A stretch of 64,000 nt of DNA from Acidimicrobiia bacterium. Lineage in GTDB: Bacteria > Actinomycetota > Acidimicrobiia > Spongiisociales > UBA11373. Positions 17,750-26,356 of this stretch are shown here, piece by piece. The position numbers were made by a program, and so were the translations under genes. A model generated the notes under the pieces. That model ran no database searches and was not told the DNA's origin. It saw only the letters and a list, made by a program, of their open reading frames with translations. The stretch covers positions 62,001 through 126,000 of the forward strand of contig JBBDMM010000002.1 in assembly GCA_040878325.1 (NCBI GenBank). The letters run 5' to 3'. Every line of letters begins with the position of its first letter. Position 1 is the stretch's first letter.

Positions 17750-18916
17750 TTAGCTCTCGGGAGGGTCGTCGTCGCCGTCCAGGAGCCGGGTGATGAACGT
17801 GTCCGGCACCGGATCGTCGTCGATGACGGCTTCGCGCGCCTCTTCCCAGGACTCGCCGAGCATCCTGGTCCGCCAGTAATGGCCGACGATGATCTTCACC
17901 GCCGCCATCACGGGCACTGCGAGGAGAACGCCCCAGAACCCGCCGATCGACGCAGCGGCGATCAAGCCGAGCACGATGACGGCGGGGTGGATCCGAACGG
18001 TGGCCCGCAAGACGGTCGGGCTGATGAAGTGATTGTCCACCTGCTGGACGATCAGTGCCACCAGCCCGGCCCATAGCGCCGTCTGGAAGTCGGTGGTGGC
18101 GAGGGCCACCATCACACCCAGAATGCCCCCGACCCAGGGGCCCACGAACGGGATGATGTTGAGGAACCCGGCGATCATCCCGATCAGGAGCCAGAACGGA
18201 AGCCCCACCAGCCAGAAGCCGAAGCTGGTCATCACCCCCACGATGAGGGCAACCAACAACTGACCCCGGAGGAAGCCGCCAACCGCCGCACCCAGGTCCC
18301 GCCCGACAAACGAGATCTCGGCCCGGTGGTTGGGCGGGATCAACTCGAGGGTCTTTCGCCTCACCGTTGGCAGGTCGAGCAGCACGTAGAACGCGATCAC
18401 CGGAGCGAGCGTGAGCAGAAGGATGGTCTCGAGCACGCCGAGGGTCACCTCAGTGATCCGGCCGAGGTGTTCGCGGAAGAACCCGTCCTCGGCGAACTCG
18501 TCTTCGAGTCGGTCGTAGTCAGGAAGGTCCACGTTGTCGAGTCCCAGCCCGGCGGCGAGGCTCTCGATGTCGGCGACGATCTCGTCGTAGATCCGGGGGA
18601 AGTCGTCGGCCAGCTCGGCGGCCTGGTCGGCGATGCTGGGGATGACGAGAAAGCCGATCAGTGTCAGCAGTCCGGCGAGGACGGCATAGGAGAGACACGA
18701 TCCCAGCCACCGCGCGACGCCGCGTCGAGCGAGGAGGTTCACGATCGGGTTGAGCACGTAGATGATCGCGATCGCAAAGACGATCAGCGGCACGATGATC
18801 CACACCCGGGTGACGAGCCAAATGAGCGTGGCGATGAGGAAGATGGTGCCCAGCAGGCTCCACGCCACGACCCCGACCCGCCGGATCCCCGACCCGCGTT
18901 CCCGGCGCACCGTCAA
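17750..18916 (-). CDS. AI-2E (PerM) family transporter
   Basis: YVLNPIV, FYVLLD, GGFLRGQLLVA, NIIPFVGP, QQVDNHFISP, GVLLAVP. Confidence 0.9.
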   Translation of the reverse strand: MTVRRERGSGIRRVGVVAWSLLGTIFLIATLIWLVTRVWIIVPLIVFAIAIIYVLNPIVNLLARRGVARWLGSCLSYAVLAGLLTLIGFLVIPSIADQAAELADDFPRIYDEIVADIESLAAGLGLDNVDLPDYDRLEDEFAEDGFFREHLGRITEVTLGVLETILLLTLAPVIAFYVLLDLPTVRRKTLELIPPNHRAEISFVGRDLGAAVGGFLRGQLLVALIVGVMTSFGFWLVGLPFWLLIGMIAGFLNIIPFVGPWVGGILGVMVALATTDFQTALWAGLVALIVQQVDNHFISPTVLRATVRIHPAVIVLGLIAAASIGGFWGVLLAVPVMAAVKIIVGHYWRTRMLGESWEEAREAVIDDDPVPDTFITRLLDGDDDPPES

Positions 18917-19170
18917 CCGCCGCGGTGGCCGTCGCCGAGGACCCGATCGACCCGCCGCTGGCGGGCTTGCTCACGCACTCGTCGCAGCCGACGAACGATG
19001 AGAGGCGCCACCCGCTCGGCAGCCGGGTCGTCCATCAGGCGACGCAGCGCCTGGTAATAGCGGGTGCTGCTCATCCCGAGGTACTCACGAATCGCCCGAT
19101 CCTTCGGACCCGGATACGTCCACCATGATCCCTCGAAATCGAGCACGGCCTTGTCGGCATCTGTGAGCAC
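18913..19170 (-). CDS. DUF3263 domain protein
   Basis: LDFEGSWWTYPGPKDRAIREYLGMSSTRYYQAL...PLIVRRLRR; leaderless GTG 6 nt after TACCCT. Confidence 0.85.
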   Translation of the reverse strand: MLTDADKAVLDFEGSWWTYPGPKDRAIREYLGMSSTRYYQALRRLMDDPAAERVAPLIVRRLRRVREQARQRRVDRVLGDGHRGG

Positions 19171-19217
19171 AGTCAGAGGGTAAGGGGGAGGTGGGACAGA
19201 AACGGGGATTTGGTCAG

Positions 19218-19460
19218 CAGTCTCCAGTCGCCAGTCTCCAGTCGCCAACCAGAAGAAGCCACGGCTCCAGCCACAGCTACAGCCAGACAGTCGCAGGCAG
19301 CCTCTGCCTCCCGCCCCCGCCTCCAGCCAGAAAGAGCCCCAGCTTCAGCCTCGGCTCCAGCCAGAACGCCGCAACCGGCCCGGAATTGTCTGGCCAGGTC
19401 TGGCTGGGGCTGTAGCGGGGGCGGGTGCTGGGTCGGCAATTGCCAATCGCCAATTGCCAC
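19218..19460. repeat. Composite repeat element upstream of tRNA-Thr (CAGTCTC/CAGTCGC heptamers, GGCTCC/AGCCAC hexamers, CAATTGC/CAATCGC heptamers)
   Basis: 19387-19418 is an exact reverse-complement match to 34290-34321. Confidence 0.8.
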
Positions 19461-19480
19461 TCTGTTTACTCTGGCAGCGC

Positions 19481-19553
19481 GCCGGGTTAGCTCAGTTGGT
19501 AGAGCACCGCTCTTGTAAAGCGGATGTCGTCGGTTCGATTCCGACACCCGGCT
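19481..19553 (+). tRNA. tRNA-Thr(TGT)
   Basis: Acceptor GCCGGGT/ACCCGGC-T, anticodon arm CCGCT-CTTGTAA-AGCGG, T arm GTCGG-TTCGATT-CCGAC. Confidence 0.96.
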
Positions 19554-19556
19554 CCG

Positions 19557-19730
19557 ACCGGCTCCGGCCACGACCACGGCTCCAGCCAGAGCTGGTCCAA
19601 CCGGCTCCGGCCACCGCCACCGCTCCAGCCAGAGACCGCGGGTTACCGGGTTGCTGGAGCCGGAGCCGGAGCCGGAGCGAGCAAAGCGGGTCACCGACGC
19701 GTGGGCCGGAGCTGGAGCCGTAGCCGGAGC
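19557..19730. repeat. Hexamer-based repeat: two 35-bp direct copies followed by inverted GGAGCC arrays
   Basis: accggctccggccac..ccac.gctccagccagag at 19557-19591 and 19600-19634, then ctggagccggagccggagccggagc. Confidence 0.8.
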
Positions 19731-19731
19731 G

Positions 19732-20478
19732 TCAGGGTTTGGGCCGTTCGGCCCAACCCCTGACCCGCGCCACCTCGTACATGGCCAGGGCGGCGGCGAC
19801 CGAGGCGTTGAGGCTCTCCATCGCGCCGATCAGGGGGATCGACGCGATCACGTCGGCCCTCTCCCGCGCGAGCCGGCTGACTCCCTCCCCTTCGGCGCCC
19901 AGCACCAGGGCAATGGGTTCGGCCAGCAGTTCGAGCCCGAAGAGGGAGCGGTCGCCGTCGGCGTCCAGCGCCACCACCCACACGTTCAGCGACTTGAGAT
20001 CGGAAACGGCGCCGGCGATCGACGACACCTCGGCAATGGCGAGGGCCTCGAACGCGCCGGCCGCCGTCTTGAATGCCGTTGCACCCAGAGGGGCGGCCCG
20101 ATGCCGCGGGACCACGATGCTGGCGATGCCGGCGGCGACCGCAGTGCGGGCAATGGCGCCGACGTTGCGAGGGTCCTCGACATGGTCCAGGACGACCAGT
20201 GCCGGCGGGCTCCCCGCGGCAACCGCTTCTTCCAGCGACACCAGAGGAATCGGATCGCAGGATGCCAGGACTCCCTGGGGGGCGTCGGTGGTGGCGGAGC
20301 GGCGTACGTCTTCGACGACCTCGACGGGGACCCCACGCCGCTCTGCCTCGTCGACCAGATCGGCGAGCCCCTCGACGCGGCCCCTCTCGACCGTCAGCCG
20401 GCGCACCCGACCGGCGTCGAGCGCGGCGCGAACCGCGTGAATCCCCTCGACACTCTCACCGATGCCAGCGCGTGCCAT
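19732..20478 (-). CDS. rlmB: 23S rRNA (guanosine-2'-O)-methyltransferase RlmB (SpoU family)
   Basis: PQGV, LDHVEDPRNVGAIART, KTAAGA, LVLGAEGEG, ESLNASVA; follows cysS. Confidence 0.92.
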   Translation of the reverse strand: MARAGIGESVEGIHAVRAALDAGRVRRLTVERGRVEGLADLVDEAERRGVPVEVVEDVRRSATTDAPQGVLASCDPIPLVSLEEAVAAGSPPALVVLDHVEDPRNVGAIARTAVAAGIASIVVPRHRAAPLGATAFKTAAGAFEALAIAEVSSIAGAVSDLKSLNVWVVALDADGDRSLFGLELLAEPIALVLGAEGEGVSRLARERADVIASIPLIGAMESLNASVAAALAMYEVARVRGWAERPKP

Positions 20479-21853
20479 CGGCACCATCCTCCAGGACGAT
20501 CCCCATGGCCGCAAGGCGGTCCCTGATCCGATCCCCGGTCGAGAAGTCGCGGGTGGCGCGTGCCTCGGCCCGTTTGACGATCAGCCGACCGACGACGTCA
20601 CGCGGTTCACCGCCGGGAATCCCCACCTCGGCTGCCAAATCATCGAGGCGAACGGCGACGTCGCCGAGCGAGTCGTACGGCTCGTCGATCCCGAGAACGC
20701 CCACGATCACATCGAATGCGGCGGTGATCGGCCCGGGGTCCTCGCCGGAATCGAGTAGTCGATTGCCCTCCCGCACGGCGTCGAAGAGGACGGCGAGCGC
20801 TTCGGCAGTGTTGAAATCGTCGTCCATGGCGGCCCGGAAGCGCTCGATCACATCGGCATCCGCACCGCCATACTCCCCCGCCCGGCGCCGGAAGGTCCAG
20901 AGGCGCGACAGTGACGCCTCGGCATCTGCCAGGAGATCATCCGCGAACTCGATGGGCTGGCGGTACTGCGCCCGAAGGTAGAACAGGCGGACCGCCTCAG
21001 GAGTGTGTGAGTCGAGCGTCTCGATCAACCCCACCACGTTTCCCACCGACTTGGCCATCTTCTCGCCGCGCAGCGTGACCATGCCGTTGTGGAGCCAGTA
21101 GCGAGCGAAGGGTTCGCGCCCCTCGCCGGCCTCCGATTGGGCGATCTCGTTCTCGTGGTGGGGGAACACCAGGTCGAGCCCGCCCCCGTGGATGTCGAAC
21201 CCGAATCCGAGGACCTCGAGAGCCATCGCTGAGCACTCGATGTGCCACCCGGGACGCCCCGGGCCCCACGGCGAGTCCCAGACCGGCTCACCCGGCTTGG
21301 AAGCCTTCCATAGGGCGAAGTCGAGCGGATCGGACTTGTCGGGACCCGGCTCGATACGGGATCCACTCCGCAGTTCGTCGACGTCCCTGCCGCTGAGTTT
21401 CCCGTAGGCCGGAAAGGACCGCACCGCGAAGTAGACGCTTCCCCCGGCGGCGTAGGCATGCCCCCGATCCACCAGGTTCGAGATGAGGTCGATCATCTGA
21501 GGGATGTACTCCGTGGCGTACACCAGCGTGTCGGGTGCAGAGACCCGAAGTCGTCGATAGGAGTCGAGGAACTGTGCGGTGGTACGCCGCGCGATCTCGG
21601 CAGGAGTGGTGCCCGCTTCGGCGGCCGCGGCAATGATCTTGTCCTCGACGTCGGTGATGTTCGTCACGAACCGCACCCGGTACCCGCTCCATTGGAGATA
21701 CCGGCGAATCACGTCGAACGCGACCGCCTGGCGGCCATGCCCCACATGGGGAGCAGACTGCACGGTCGGACCGCACACATACAGGCTCACCTCGCCCTCG
21801 ATCCGGGGCTGAAGGATCTCGAGGGTGCGCCCGAGAGTGTTGTGGACCTGCAT
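20456..21853 (-). CDS. cysS: Cysteine--tRNA ligase
   Basis: YVCGPT, HVGH, NITDVEDKII, DFALWK, GRPGWHIECSAM, FPHHENE, KMAKS. Confidence 0.97.
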   Translation of the reverse strand: MQVHNTLGRTLEILQPRIEGEVSLYVCGPTVQSAPHVGHGRQAVAFDVIRRYLQWSGYRVRFVTNITDVEDKIIAAAAEAGTTPAEIARRTTAQFLDSYRRLRVSAPDTLVYATEYIPQMIDLISNLVDRGHAYAAGGSVYFAVRSFPAYGKLSGRDVDELRSGSRIEPGPDKSDPLDFALWKASKPGEPVWDSPWGPGRPGWHIECSAMALEVLGFGFDIHGGGLDLVFPHHENEIAQSEAGEGREPFARYWLHNGMVTLRGEKMAKSVGNVVGLIETLDSHTPEAVRLFYLRAQYRQPIEFADDLLADAEASLSRLWTFRRRAGEYGGADADVIERFRAAMDDDFNTAEALAVLFDAVREGNRLLDSGEDPGPITAAFDVIVGVLGIDEPYDSLGDVAVRLDDLAAEVGIPGGEPRDVVGRLIVKRAEARATRDFSTGDRIRDRLAAMGIVLEDGADGTRWHR

Positions 21854-21899
21854 TCGGTCGATGGTATCCGAGCACCCGGTTCGCCCGGTCGCGCCGGAC

Positions 21900-22367
21900 C
21901 TACCGGATCGTGACGACGGCCACTGCAGCGATGCCCTCGTCCCGCCCAAGGAATCCCATGCCATCGGTGGTCGTCGCCTTGCACGAGACGTCATCGACCG
22001 GCAAGCCGAGCACCCCCGCCAGGGAAGCGCGAATCGCCTCGCGGTGGGGTGCAACCCGCACCGTCTCGGCGAGCACCGTCACGTCGACCGCCGTGGCGGC
22101 GAATCCCGCTGACGCCACCCGCCCCACCACTTCGGCGAGGAGAGCCATGGAGTCTGCACCCTGATACCGGCTGTCCGCCGACGGAAACATCGTGCCCAGG
22201 TCGCCGAGGGCGGCGGCGCCGAGCAAAGCATCGGCGACCGCATGGGCTACGACATCACCATCCGAGGTGGCCGCGACCCCACGGTCGGACGCCACCTCGA
22301 CCCCGGCCACCAGAACCCGGCCGGTGGCGGTGAACCGGTGGGCATCGAAGCCCCACCCCGTCCTCAT
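21900..22367 (-). CDS. ispF: 2-C-methyl-D-erythritol 2,4-cyclodiphosphate synthase
   Basis: GWGFDAHRF, SDGDVVAHAVADALLGAAALGDLG, KATTTDGMGF.GR.EGIAA. Confidence 0.95.
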   Translation of the reverse strand: MRTGWGFDAHRFTATGRVLVAGVEVASDRGVAATSDGDVVAHAVADALLGAAALGDLGTMFPSADSRYQGADSMALLAEVVGRVASAGFAATAVDVTVLAETVRVAPHREAIRASLAGVLGLPVDDVSCKATTTDGMGFLGRDEGIAAVAVVTIR

Positions 22368-22966
22368 GGGAGCAACGCCTCGGCGATCGACAGGTCGCCC
22401 GCGTAAGTGATCTTCAGGTTCGACTCCTCGCCGGGCACCATCACGACGGTCCCGCCCCACCACTCGATCAGCAGAGCGTCGTCGGAGGCATCGTTGTCGT
22501 CTGCGGCGTGGGCGGCGCGGAGCGACTCGAGCAGGAAGCCCTGGGGGGTCTGCACGGCCACGAGCGCCGACCGTTCCACGGTCTCGACCACCGACTCGCC
22601 GTCGACTCGCTTGATCGTGTCCCGCACCGGGATCGCCGGCACCACCCCGTCTGCGTCACCGACCGCGAGGCGATCGATGACCCGGCGAACGAGAGAAGGT
22701 GTCACCAGCGGTCGGGCGGCATCGTGCACCAGTACATGGCTCGCCCCGTACGGAACCGCGGCGAGGCCCCTCGCCACCGAGTCGCGACGTCGCAGCCCGC
22801 CTTCCAGTCCGCCCGCCCCCACGACGACGACCGACGCGGCACCCCCGGCGAGCAGCGCATCACGGCCCCACTCCCACAGGGCTCGACCGCCGAGAACCAC
22901 CGTACCTTTGGAGGCGCCGAACCGTGCCCCTGAACCGGCGGCGACCACTATCCCGTGAATGTTCAC
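22364..22966 (-). CDS. ispD: 2-C-methyl-D-erythritol 4-phosphate cytidylyltransferase
   Basis: AAGSGARFG, RRDSV, VLVHDAARP, VQTPQGF, NLKIT. Confidence 0.95.
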   Translation of the reverse strand: MNIHGIVVAAGSGARFGASKGTVVLGGRALWEWGRDALLAGGAASVVVVGAGGLEGGLRRRDSVARGLAAVPYGASHVLVHDAARPLVTPSLVRRVIDRLAVGDADGVVPAIPVRDTIKRVDGESVVETVERSALVAVQTPQGFLLESLRAAHAADDNDASDDALLIEWWGGTVVMVPGEESNLKITYAGDLSIAEALLP

Positions 22967-24018
22967 GAGATCAGTTTTGCAAACAACATGCGGCCGACGG
23001 AGGTGCGAAGGGCTCCGGCGATCTCGATCTCGATGGTGGAGCCGACCTCGGCTGCTGCCCCCTCGATCACGATCATCGTGCCGTCATCCGTGTAGGCGAC
23101 ACCCTGCCCCGGCTCGGAGCCTTCTTTCTCGACCAAGACCTCCATCCGGTCGCCGGTGATCGGACCCGAACGGAGTGAATCGCCCAATGCTTGGAGGTCG
23201 AGCACTGCGATCCCGCGCAAGCTCGCCACCCTTGCCAGGTTGTGATCGGTGGTCACGAGAACGGCATTCAACTCGGAAGCCAGCGCCACCACCTTGGCGT
23301 CGACGTCGGGGAACTCGGGGAACGAGCGCTCATCGGCCACGAGCTCGACACCGGGCACCCTCCGGATGGCCTCCAACACGTCTAGCCCGCGGCGGCCGCG
23401 GCGGCGGCGATTCGCATCCCCGCTGTCGGCGATGCCCTGAAGCTCGTCGAGCACGAAGATCGGCGCCACCACCTCACCACGAACCAGGCCGGCCTGCGCC
23501 AGGTCGAGTACCCGCCCGTCGATGGCAGCCGAGGTATCGATCACGAACGACGGGGATCCCTCTTCGTTCGCTGAAGTGTCCCGAGACTTCAGACCGGCGG
23601 CGGCCAGCAGGTCTTCGGATCGGGCCGCAAACACCCGACCGCCATATGAGGCGACCACGATGACCACGAGAGCTCCTAGCGGCCATCCGACGAAATCCGG
23701 AAGCAACAACACGAGGGGAACGGCACCCACCACCCCGACGAGAAGACCGGCGATGAGCCCGAAGGCGCCGGCGAACAGCTGGGGACCGGTCGCCCGGGCA
23801 GCGATCTCGGGGGCCCGGTCGAGCCCACGGCGGACCAGCCTGCCGATCAGGCCGCCGGCGACGTATCCGATGCCGGCACCGATGACCGCGCCGAGCACCA
23901 CGGCGGTGTCGGGATCGGCGGCGGACCCGCCCAACAGCTGCGGGGCAGCGGTTCCCAACAGAAAGCCGGCTGCGGTGACGGCCAGCGTCACAACCAATCG
24001 AACGGCCTCGATTATCAA
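22963..24018 (-). CDS. Membrane PIN/TRAM domain protein (YacL-like)
   Basis: Four N-terminal TMs, IDTSAAIDGR, FVLDELQ, RGRRGLDVL, TTDHNL, GQGVAYTDDGTMIVIE, SVGRMLFA. Confidence 0.9.
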   Translation of the reverse strand: MIIEAVRLVVTLAVTAAGFLLGTAAPQLLGGSAADPDTAVVLGAVIGAGIGYVAGGLIGRLVRRGLDRAPEIAARATGPQLFAGAFGLIAGLLVGVVGAVPLVLLLPDFVGWPLGALVVIVVASYGGRVFAARSEDLLAAAGLKSRDTSANEEGSPSFVIDTSAAIDGRVLDLAQAGLVRGEVVAPIFVLDELQGIADSGDANRRRRGRRGLDVLEAIRRVPGVELVADERSFPEFPDVDAKVVALASELNAVLVTTDHNLARVASLRGIAVLDLQALGDSLRSGPITGDRMEVLVEKEGSEPGQGVAYTDDGTMIVIEGAAAEVGSTIEIEIAGALRTSVGRMLFAKLIS

Positions 24019-24028
24019 GCCGTGATCC

Positions 24029-25006
24029 TTACTCGTTGTCGTCCTCTGAATCCACACTCGGAAGGGCCTTGTCGAGGCGCTTCATCGCTTCTTCTTCGGA
24101 CAAATCGAGCACGAACCGAAGCTCTGAAGAGAGAATCAGCCGAGCCTTGGAAAGCATTCGCTTGAGTGCGGGGGAAATTCCCTTGGTCTGCTGGGCGAAC
24201 GTGAGGTCGCGGACGACTTCGGCGACCTGATAGATGTCCCCGCTCTGGATCTTCTCCGTGAGCAGCTTGTACCACCTGCTCCAGTTCGCCCCGGCTTCCT
24301 CCGGCTCGGTCTTGAACACGGCCAGGACCTTGCGTGCCGCGGTCTTGGAGATCACGGGCCGGACACCCAGGTCGGCTGCCGACTCGACCGGCACCCGGAG
24401 GATCAGCTGGTCGATCGCCACCTCCAGCACGAAGAAGTCGGCGCGGCTGTTGTTGAAGAGGCGGCGCTCCTTCTTGGTGATCACCGCAGCTCCGTGATGG
24501 GGGTAGACCACCTTGTCGCCCACCTTGAACGGCGACACCACCTTTTTCTTCTTCTTCGGCGCTTCTGCCTTGGGAGCAGGCGCCGCGGCCCGACGGGGCC
24601 GAGCAGCGGGCTTCATGACTGCAGGCGCTGCGGGCTTCTTTACCGCGGGCTTCTTGGCGACAGGCTTCCTGGCGACAGGCTTCTTGGCGACAGGCTTCCT
24701 GGCGACAGGCTTCTTCGCCACAGACTTCTTCACCGCGGGCTTCTTGGCGACAGGCTTCCTGGCAACAGGCTTCTTCGCCACAGGCTTCTTCACCGCGGGC
24801 TTCTTGGCGACAGGCTTCTTGGCGACAGGCTTCTTGGCCACAGGCTTCTTCGCCACAGGCTTCTTCACCGCAGGCTTCTTCACCGCAGGCTTCTTCACCG
24901 CAGGCTTCTTGGCAGCCGGCCTCTTGACGGGAGCAGCCTTCTTGGCGGCCGGCTTGGCGGCCCGCTTCTTGGCCGCCGACGACGATCTGGTCTTCTTCGC
25001 GGTCAT
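24029..25006 (-). CDS. carD: CarD-family RNA polymerase-binding regulator with a long N-terminal Lys/Pro/Ala-rich (histone H1/Hc2-like) extension
   Basis: FKVGDKVVYPHHGAA, LGVRPVI, NWSRWYK, SGDIYQVAEVVRDL; about 160-aa basic N-terminus in frame; SD GGAAGAGG before ATG. Confidence 0.88.
   Translation of the reverse strand: MTAKKTRSSSAAKKRAAKPAAKKAAPVKRPAAKKPAVKKPAVKKPAVKKPVAKKPVAKKPVAKKPVAKKPAVKKPVAKKPVARKPVAKKPAVKKSVAKKPVARKPVAKKPVARKPVAKKPAVKKPAAPAVMKPAARPRRAAAPAPKAEAPKKKKKVVSPFKVGDKVVYPHHGAAVITKKERRLFNNSRADFFVLEVAIDQLILRVPVESAADLGVRPVISKTAARKVLAVFKTEPEEAGANWSRWYKLLTEKIQSGDIYQVAEVVRDLTFAQQTKGISPALKRMLSKARLILSSELRFVLDLSEEEAMKRLDKALPSVDSEDDNE
24626..24910 (-). repeat. Coding tandem repeat of 19 x 15 bp encoding KKPVA/KKPAV/RKPVA
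   Basis: Repeated cttggcgacaggctt / cttcaccgc(a/g)ggctt; 285 bp, frame preserved. Confidence 0.95.
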
Positions 25007-25071
25007 GCCTCTTCCGGGAGCAGGGGAACCCATACTGTACCGTGAGGTAGACCGGCCCCCGTCAACGATCC

Positions 25072-25165
25072 GCAGCGGTCAACGGTCAACGCGGACCCGA
25101 CGCGTGGCCAGCCGAAGGCTGGCCCAAGGCGGCCGAAGGCCGCCCGTTGGCCATCGACTATCGAG
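25072..25165. repeat. CGGTCAA heptamers plus twin GAA-loop hairpins between disA and carD
   Basis: cggtcaacggtcaacg; GGCCAGCC-GAA-GGCTGGCC (25106-25124); GGCGGCC-GAA-GGCCGCC (25128-25144). Confidence 0.7.
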
Positions 25166-25167
25166 CC

Positions 25168-26229
25168 TCAGTCTTCTTCGAGTTCCCAGCCTCGAGTCGA
25201 GTCGAGCAACCGATCGAAGTAGCGGCGAAGTTGCCGCGCGCGGGTGCGACCGACCCCCTCCACCTGATCGAGTTCACCGACTGAGGCGTAGAGCAGCTTC
25301 TGCAAGCCGCTGAAGTGGTTGACCAACGAGGACTTCACGGCATCCGGCAAACGAGGGATTCGCGACAGCACACGGAATCCCCGGGGACGAACCGGGCTCT
25401 CCATGGCTCCAACGTCGAGAAGGGAAGCAACCCGTGACTCCTCCGAGAGGTGCTCGGTGGACAGCCTCTCGAGCAAGGCGAGGGGCTGACGGTTCTTCGG
25501 CGGAAACTTCCGCGAGTAGTCGGAGTACACCAACTCGGCAACCGTGCCGACACCGGTGAGCAGGTCCTTGAGCTGGAGCTGAATCAGCCCTCCCTCACCG
25601 CCGAGTTCCACGGCATAGTGCTCGAGGTCGGAACCGATCCTCTGCACGAGAGCCGCCCGCTGGAGGAACTGGACGACGTCGCGGTTCACCACGATGTCAT
25701 CCACCTCGAGTTGGGTGAGGCGGTCCTCGTCGTCGGTCAACCGGCGCCTAAAGCGTTCGAGGGTGAGGAGGTTCTGGTTCGCCTGGGCGAGGAGGGTGGT
25801 CGGGCTACGCAGCTCGAAGTGCAGAGCGCCGACATAGACCGTCACGCTTTGACGGCCCTCGCTGACGACGACCACCGCCTTCCCGGTCTGAATCGCCACC
25901 CGCTCGGCGGTGCGATGACGGGTGCCCGTCTCACTGGTCTCGATCGAAGCATCCGGGATCAGGTGGACGTTCGCCCGATAGATCACCTCCGCTGCCTCGT
26001 CGGTGACCACCGCGCCGTCCATCTTCGCCAATTCGGCGAGCCGGGCAGGCGTGAAGTCGGCACCGTCGAGGTGAAAGCCGCCGGTGCAAATGGCTTCGAT
26101 GTCGCGCCCGTATCCGAGCACCAGCAATGCCCCGGTCTCCTGGCGCAGGATCAGCTCGATGGCATTCCGCAGCCGGGTGCCGGGGGCGAGCGCCCGAAGG
26201 ACATCGAGGCTTGGGTCGCGTTCCGCCAT
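25168..26229 (-). CDS. disA: DNA integrity scanning diadenylate cyclase DisA
   Basis: APGTRLR, ELAKMDGAVV (DGA), ETGTRHRTAERVA (RHR), C-terminal HhH VEGVGRTRA. Confidence 0.95.
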   Translation of the reverse strand: MAERDPSLDVLRALAPGTRLRNAIELILRQETGALLVLGYGRDIEAICTGGFHLDGADFTPARLAELAKMDGAVVTDEAAEVIYRANVHLIPDASIETSETGTRHRTAERVAIQTGKAVVVVSEGRQSVTVYVGALHFELRSPTTLLAQANQNLLTLERFRRRLTDDEDRLTQLEVDDIVVNRDVVQFLQRAALVQRIGSDLEHYAVELGGEGGLIQLQLKDLLTGVGTVAELVYSDYSRKFPPKNRQPLALLERLSTEHLSEESRVASLLDVGAMESPVRPRGFRVLSRIPRLPDAVKSSLVNHFSGLQKLLYASVGELDQVEGVGRTRARQLRRYFDRLLDSTRGWELEED

Positions 26230-26247
26230 CCACCGGCGAGGCTAACA

Positions 26248-26356
26248 AAGAATCAAGAGCCACCAGCCACCAGCCACCAGCAAGAGAGTCAAGAATCAAG
26301 AAGCCAGACTCAAGAGCCAGGGGCGGGCTTGTCTTGATTCTTGACTCTTGACTCTC
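26248..26356. repeat. TCAAGA(A/G) inverted heptamer repeat plus AGCCACC x3; overlaps the radA 3' end
   Basis: aagagagtcaagaatcaagaa (26282-26302, identical to 28815-28835) ... tcttgattcttgactcttgactctc. Confidence 0.85.

Noticed and set aside
17712..18074. 812-aa version of the M64 peptidase ORF
   Set aside because: The extension overlaps the AI-2E gene out of frame, is Arg-rich noise and buries the signal peptide.
19557..19634. Possible mini-CRISPR (two 35-bp direct repeats)
   Set aside because: Only two imperfect copies with an 8-nt spacer, low-complexity hexamer content and no cas genes in the window.
22255..22280. IspF GHSD motif reads ATSD
   Set aside because: The zinc ligands (D, H, H) are intact; a single substitution is insufficient to claim altered function.
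24494..25313. Plus-strand ORFs with ATGFL/HRLL repeats
   Set aside because: Antisense shadows of the carD 15-bp repeat.
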